Of a DNA stretch of 64,000 bases, positions 60,636 through 64,000 are shown in pieces. Origin of the DNA: an uncultured Bacteroides sp. GTDB taxonomy: Bacteria > Bacillota > Clostridia > Oscillospirales > Ruminococcaceae. Location of the stretch: positions 6,685-70,684 of the forward strand of contig CAYJPD010000001.1 of assembly GCA_964371975.1 (NCBI GenBank). The letters are read 5' to 3'. A model generated the notes under the pieces. That model was not told the origin of the DNA, did no database searches, and worked only from the letters and a program-made list of their open reading frames with translations. The first letter of the stretch is position 1. Each line of letters opens with the position of its first letter. The position numbers and the translations under genes are program-made.

Positions 60636-61892
60636 TCATGCTGCTTTTTCCCCAAAGTCCCTGCAAATTTTACACTTCTGTTTGATACATTCATAGTGTA
60701 TAGATGGTGCACCTGCTTTTAAACGAACACCGTATCTTCCGTTCTGGTTAACTATCTCAGGCTCTTCAAGTGTTAGCTCGTCAAGTGTTGGCATAACTAT
60801 GCCATAACCCGTTGCTTGAACTTCTTCAAGTGCACAGCGAATTTTTTCGTATTGTAATTTTGTTTTTGCCATTTGCATTACACACGGCATTAAGCTTGCC
60901 TCATCTTTAACGTCGAGGCCTGTTACATCGCTTAGAACTTTATAAAACAAATGTGATAAAAGCGTCAGTTGCATTTTAACACAGCCTGTTGAAAGCTCTG
61001 CACTAACAAGTTTGCTTTTGTCTACAAACTCGCTTTCAACGCCGCTTTGGCTCATTAAATCTTTCATGCATGCTGTATTATCAGCAAGCAAAATCGCAGC
61101 ATCGTATAGCGATTTTTGTAGCCAATGTCCCTGCTCTAATAGCGTTACCCAACGCGGCATTTCAAAAGCAATTTCTTTAAGCGGAAATTCAAACAAAATT
61201 GCTTTTAAAATATTTGTCATATCTTCTTCGTCCATTTCAACACATGAAATAGGTAATACTGTATGCGCATACTTTTCTTCCATTTGTTGTGCGAGGTTTT
61301 GCGCATTTTCGCTTTCGGGCGAAATGCAATTAAGCAATATTACATAAGGCTTTTCTATTTCTTGCATCTCGCTAATAACTCGCTCTTCCGCTTCTTCATA
61401 AGCGTGCCTCGGCAAATCGCTTATACTGCCGTCGGAAGTTAGAACTATTCCAATTGTAGAGTGTTCTTTTATTACTTTTCTTGTACCTGTTTCGGCAGCT
61501 ACATCAAATGGCACTTCGTTTTCAAACCATGGGCTTTTCACCATACGCACTTTCTCATCCTCTGTGTGCCCCATTGCCCCGTTAACCATATAACCAACGC
61601 AATCTATAAGCCTTGTTTTGAAAGTTACACCATCTTCAAGCTCTATGCTAACCGATTTTTCAGGCACAAATTTTGGCTCTGTTGTCATAATTGTACGCCC
61701 TGCTGCAGATTGCGGCAATTCGTCTTTTGCCCTTTGCGCAAATGCATTGTTTGTTATTTGCGGTAGCACCATAAGCTCCATAAACCGTTTTATAAATGTG
61801 CTTTTGCCTGTGCGCACAGGGCCAACAACTCCCATATAAATGTCACCATTTGTACGTGTGGCTATATCTGAATAAACTTTATTGTATTGCAT
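60636..61892 (-). CDS. spoIVA: Stage IV sporulation protein A, 5' part only (conserved to His399, then a 19-aa unrelated tail)
   Basis: DIATRTNGDIYMGVVGPVRTGKSTFIKRFM, MTTEPKF, IDCVG, GYGIVMP, YGVRLKAGAPSIH; the ~90-aa C-terminus (GGLIxIIL-type end) is absent. Confidence 0.95.
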   Translation of the reverse strand: MQYNKVYSDIATRTNGDIYMGVVGPVRTGKSTFIKRFMELMVLPQITNNAFAQRAKDELPQSAAGRTIMTTEPKFVPEKSVSIELEDGVTFKTRLIDCVGYMVNGAMGHTEDEKVRMVKSPWFENEVPFDVAAETGTRKVIKEHSTIGIVLTSDGSISDLPRHAYEEAEERVISEMQEIEKPYVILLNCISPESENAQNLAQQMEEKYAHTVLPISCVEMDEEDMTNILKAILFEFPLKEIAFEMPRWVTLLEQGHWLQKSLYDAAILLADNTACMKDLMSQSGVESEFVDKSKLVSAELSTGCVKMQLTLLSHLFYKVLSDVTGLDVKDEASLMPCVMQMAKTKLQYEKIRCALEEVQATGYGIVMPTLDELTLEEPEIVNQNGRYGVRLKAGAPSIHYECIKQKCKICRDFGEKAA

Positions 61893-63412
61893 TAAATATC
61901 CTCCTCTCTTTGCGCGTTTTCGGGAATAAGTAAACGTTTGCGCTCTTTTACAGTTTCGCTATCAAGTTCATTTGTTTGGGCTATGAATGAAGGCGATACA
62001 GCATATCTTCTCGCTATGTCAAATAAATGTTCACCGGCCTGTGCATAATAAATTCTTAGTGCTGTATTCTCATCTGTTTTTAAAAGCTCTTGAACATTTT
62101 CAATGCTTTTCAATATTATATGCTCTTTACGCTTTGTTAACATACCCTCAACTTTTAACAAAACTGTTGCGCTTGTGCTTTTACCCGCTTTTTTGGCACT
62201 TACATTTAAAACACCTACATTGGCTGCTAAAATAAGCTCTTGGCTTTTAGCATCGTAAGAGCCGGGTAATATATATTCACATGCCTTATCATAGCAATCT
62301 ATTTCGCCAAGTGAATTGCGGCATAGCACATGTATAATAACCCTGCCCCTTATATAACTTTTAGAGTTCTCCTCTATTAACTCCGGTTGCATTTGTGTTG
62401 CAAACGCAGCTAAAACAACCGCTTGCTCGTCGGGTAAATTACCTTCTGTTGATGTTTCAATTTGAACATTAAACCTATCTAAAACTTCTTGAGTGTAAAC
62501 TTTATCAAAATCTAACTTCGTTTCATATAGTGTAGAAAACGCATCACAAACCGCATATGTTTTATTTTGCCTAAATACTTTTATATATAGTATTGCTGTA
62601 ATTGTTATTGTTGTTTTACCGTCTTCACTTGCAAGCAAACTACACCCGGTAGGCTTAACAAATGCTATGCTTTCACACGTTTCGTCTGCACCCTCTACTT
62701 CAATAACCTCGTTGAAATCTACTGTTTTAGTTGAACTGTGCAGTTCATCTGCCCTGTACAAAACTTTAGCGCTAATGCTACCTTTTAGCACAGCTTTTCC
62801 GCTTATAAGCTTCACTTCGTTCACACTGCCAAAACTTGAAACATCAAGAACTGTTAAAGGCGGAGTTTCAAATTCAATTGTATCTTCAACACTAATAACT
62901 TTTTCTTGCACTGCTAAAGTGTGAAGCCCTGTTAATGTGCTCATCTTTTGCTGTACACCGCCCTCGGAAAGTGCAGATACAATTTCATAAGATGTTTGTG
63001 CATTAGCGTTAACATTTAATGCATAAGCTCCCCTGATATCTATTCTGCGCTGATTTACCGCGCGGCAATTAATATACTCTATTTCACCGCCTATTACTAT
63101 ATCCGGGTAATAGAACTCGCCTTGTGGTAAATCCACTTGCTTTGTAAAAGGCATTTTTTGCTCTGTGTGGCACAATTGCTCGTCATTTTCCGATTGATAG
63201 AAAACCGTTAATCGCAAATAACCGTCAAGTGTTAGCCGCACGGTGGACATCTGCTTTTGCAAAACCACCAAATGCGCAAAGCACTTGACAATTTTAAAAA
63301 CCTGCGGCAGATAGTCCGGTATAAGTATTTCCGTTTCTATTGGCAATTCCAGTTTTGTATCGCACATTGTTGTTGCTGCGCTTACCGTATCGTTGTAAAT
63401 TTTAATTTCCAT
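61892..63412 (-). CDS. SPOCS/DUF3794 + C-terminal LysM spore coat protein (SipL-like)
   Basis: LIPDYLP..FKIVKC, repeated SPOCS-like domains, YYAQAGEHLFDIARRY LysM; TAATG overlap with spoIVA. Confidence 0.85.
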   Translation of the reverse strand: MEIKIYNDTVSAATTMCDTKLELPIETEILIPDYLPQVFKIVKCFAHLVVLQKQMSTVRLTLDGYLRLTVFYQSENDEQLCHTEQKMPFTKQVDLPQGEFYYPDIVIGGEIEYINCRAVNQRRIDIRGAYALNVNANAQTSYEIVSALSEGGVQQKMSTLTGLHTLAVQEKVISVEDTIEFETPPLTVLDVSSFGSVNEVKLISGKAVLKGSISAKVLYRADELHSSTKTVDFNEVIEVEGADETCESIAFVKPTGCSLLASEDGKTTITITAILYIKVFRQNKTYAVCDAFSTLYETKLDFDKVYTQEVLDRFNVQIETSTEGNLPDEQAVVLAAFATQMQPELIEENSKSYIRGRVIIHVLCRNSLGEIDCYDKACEYILPGSYDAKSQELILAANVGVLNVSAKKAGKSTSATVLLKVEGMLTKRKEHIILKSIENVQELLKTDENTALRIYYAQAGEHLFDIARRYAVSPSFIAQTNELDSETVKERKRLLIPENAQREEDI

Positions 63413-63441
63413 GATGCCTGCCCCTTTCGCTATTCTAACTC

Positions 63442-63471
63442 ATTCTTATGCAATAATTATGAGTTTTATGC
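63442..63471 (-). promoter_or_regulatory. SigmaE-like promoter of the sipL-spoIVA operon
   Basis: Minus strand GCATA-N16-CATAAGAAT. Confidence 0.7.
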
Positions 63472-63523
63472 CAACAAGCTTAGCACAAAACAGCATTTAT
63501 TACTGATACAAAATTATATGCAC

Positions 63524-63568
63524 AAAAAAACCACTTTACCCAAGCAATGCTCGTTTAAAATGGTTTTT
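63524..63568 (-). terminator. Rho-independent terminator after the PASTA gene
   Basis: Minus strand AAAAACCATTTTAAACGAGC-ATT-GCTTGGGTAAAGTGG-T7 (G-U pairs). Confidence 0.7.
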
Positions 63569-63588
63569 ATGCATTATTTTTTATTATT

Positions 63589-64000
63589 CTAAGGCGCAGG
63601 AGTAGAGTTTGTGGAAGTTGGTGGCACAGCCGAGGATGACGGAGCAGGCGGTGCACCGGCATAAAATATTGTTACAGTTTCCTCACTTGGGTCTATCATA
63701 TCGCCAACATCATAATCGCTTTTCACAATTTCATCTTGCACATATGTTCCATCGTTAATGTGAGCGACTATATTATATTTAATTTCAAGTGAATTTAAAA
63801 CAGAAATAGCTTCATTTTTATTTAAGCCCACAACATTTGGCATTGCAACAAGCATAGGCCCTCTACTTACAATTAAGTTGATAGTTGTTCCAATTTCAAC
63901 GCTTTCGCCCTCTTTAGGGGTTTGGTCCATAACATTACCGGCATCAAATGTTGAACTGTACTCTTCTGTAATTATAAATAAAAAGTTGCTTATATACTCT
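63589..64000 (-). CDS. C-terminus of a PASTA-domain protein (probably PrkC/PknB Ser/Thr kinase)
   Basis: EEYSSTFDAGNVMDQTP...INLIVSRGP, MPNVVGL; frame open to the window edge; Ser/Pro-rich tail. Confidence 0.8.
   Translation of the reverse strand, partial: EYISNFLFIITEEYSSTFDAGNVMDQTPKEGESVEIGTTINLIVSRGPMLVAMPNVVGLNKNEAISVLNSLEIKYNIVAHINDGTYVQDEIVKSDYDVGDMIDPSEETVTIFYAGAPPAPSSSAVPPTSTNSTPAP

Larger units (their letters stand above)
1..60695. mobile_element. Putative gene-intervening (skin-like) integrated element splitting spoIVA; left boundary outside window
   Basis: spoIVA similarity stops at ~60696; a co-oriented serine recombinase lies at the opposite end; only accessory cargo lies between. 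Confidence 0.7.

Noticed and set aside
60597..60694. +1 frameshift continuation of spoIVA (MNVSNRSVKFAGTLGKKQHEK...)
   Set aside because: Stops after ~32 codons, has only chance-level resemblance to the SpoIVA C-terminus and lacks the conserved terminal motif, so a simple frameshift does not explain the truncation.
1..60695. Prophage or conjugative ICE interpretation
   Set aside because: No capsid, terminase, tail, relaxase, T4SS or replication genes seen.

Overview
Low-GC Firmicutes DNA, probably a spore-forming clostridium. The right end holds host genes on the minus strand: a PASTA-domain kinase C-terminus, a SipL/DUF3794-LysM coat gene and spoIVA. spoIVA similarity stops abruptly at His399 (~60696) and roughly 90 C-terminal residues are missing. 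The left end holds a co-oriented large serine recombinase (running off the window) preceded by a small ORF. Both the recombinase unit and the sipL-spoIVA unit have a sigmaE-like ATA-N16-CATA promoter. The best interpretation is a >=60.7-kb non-phage, skin-like element that interrupts spoIVA and is excised in the mother cell; the far att site and the spoIVA 3' half would lie outside the window, so this is unproven. The cargo comprises a GntR-regulated sugar ABC/catabolic operon, a ~35-kb mosaic surface-glycan region and a second catabolic operon (ADP-ribosylglycohydrolase, ABC, DhaKL, aldolase, nucleoside hydrolase, orphan E1 alpha/beta). The glycan region includes nonulosonic-acid genes, a 6.8-kb modification cassette flanked by perfect 43-bp direct repeats, two collapsed gene scars, a YidC-glycerophosphotransferase fusion module and licC/licA. 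No rRNA, tRNA, CRISPR, phage structural or conjugation genes were seen.
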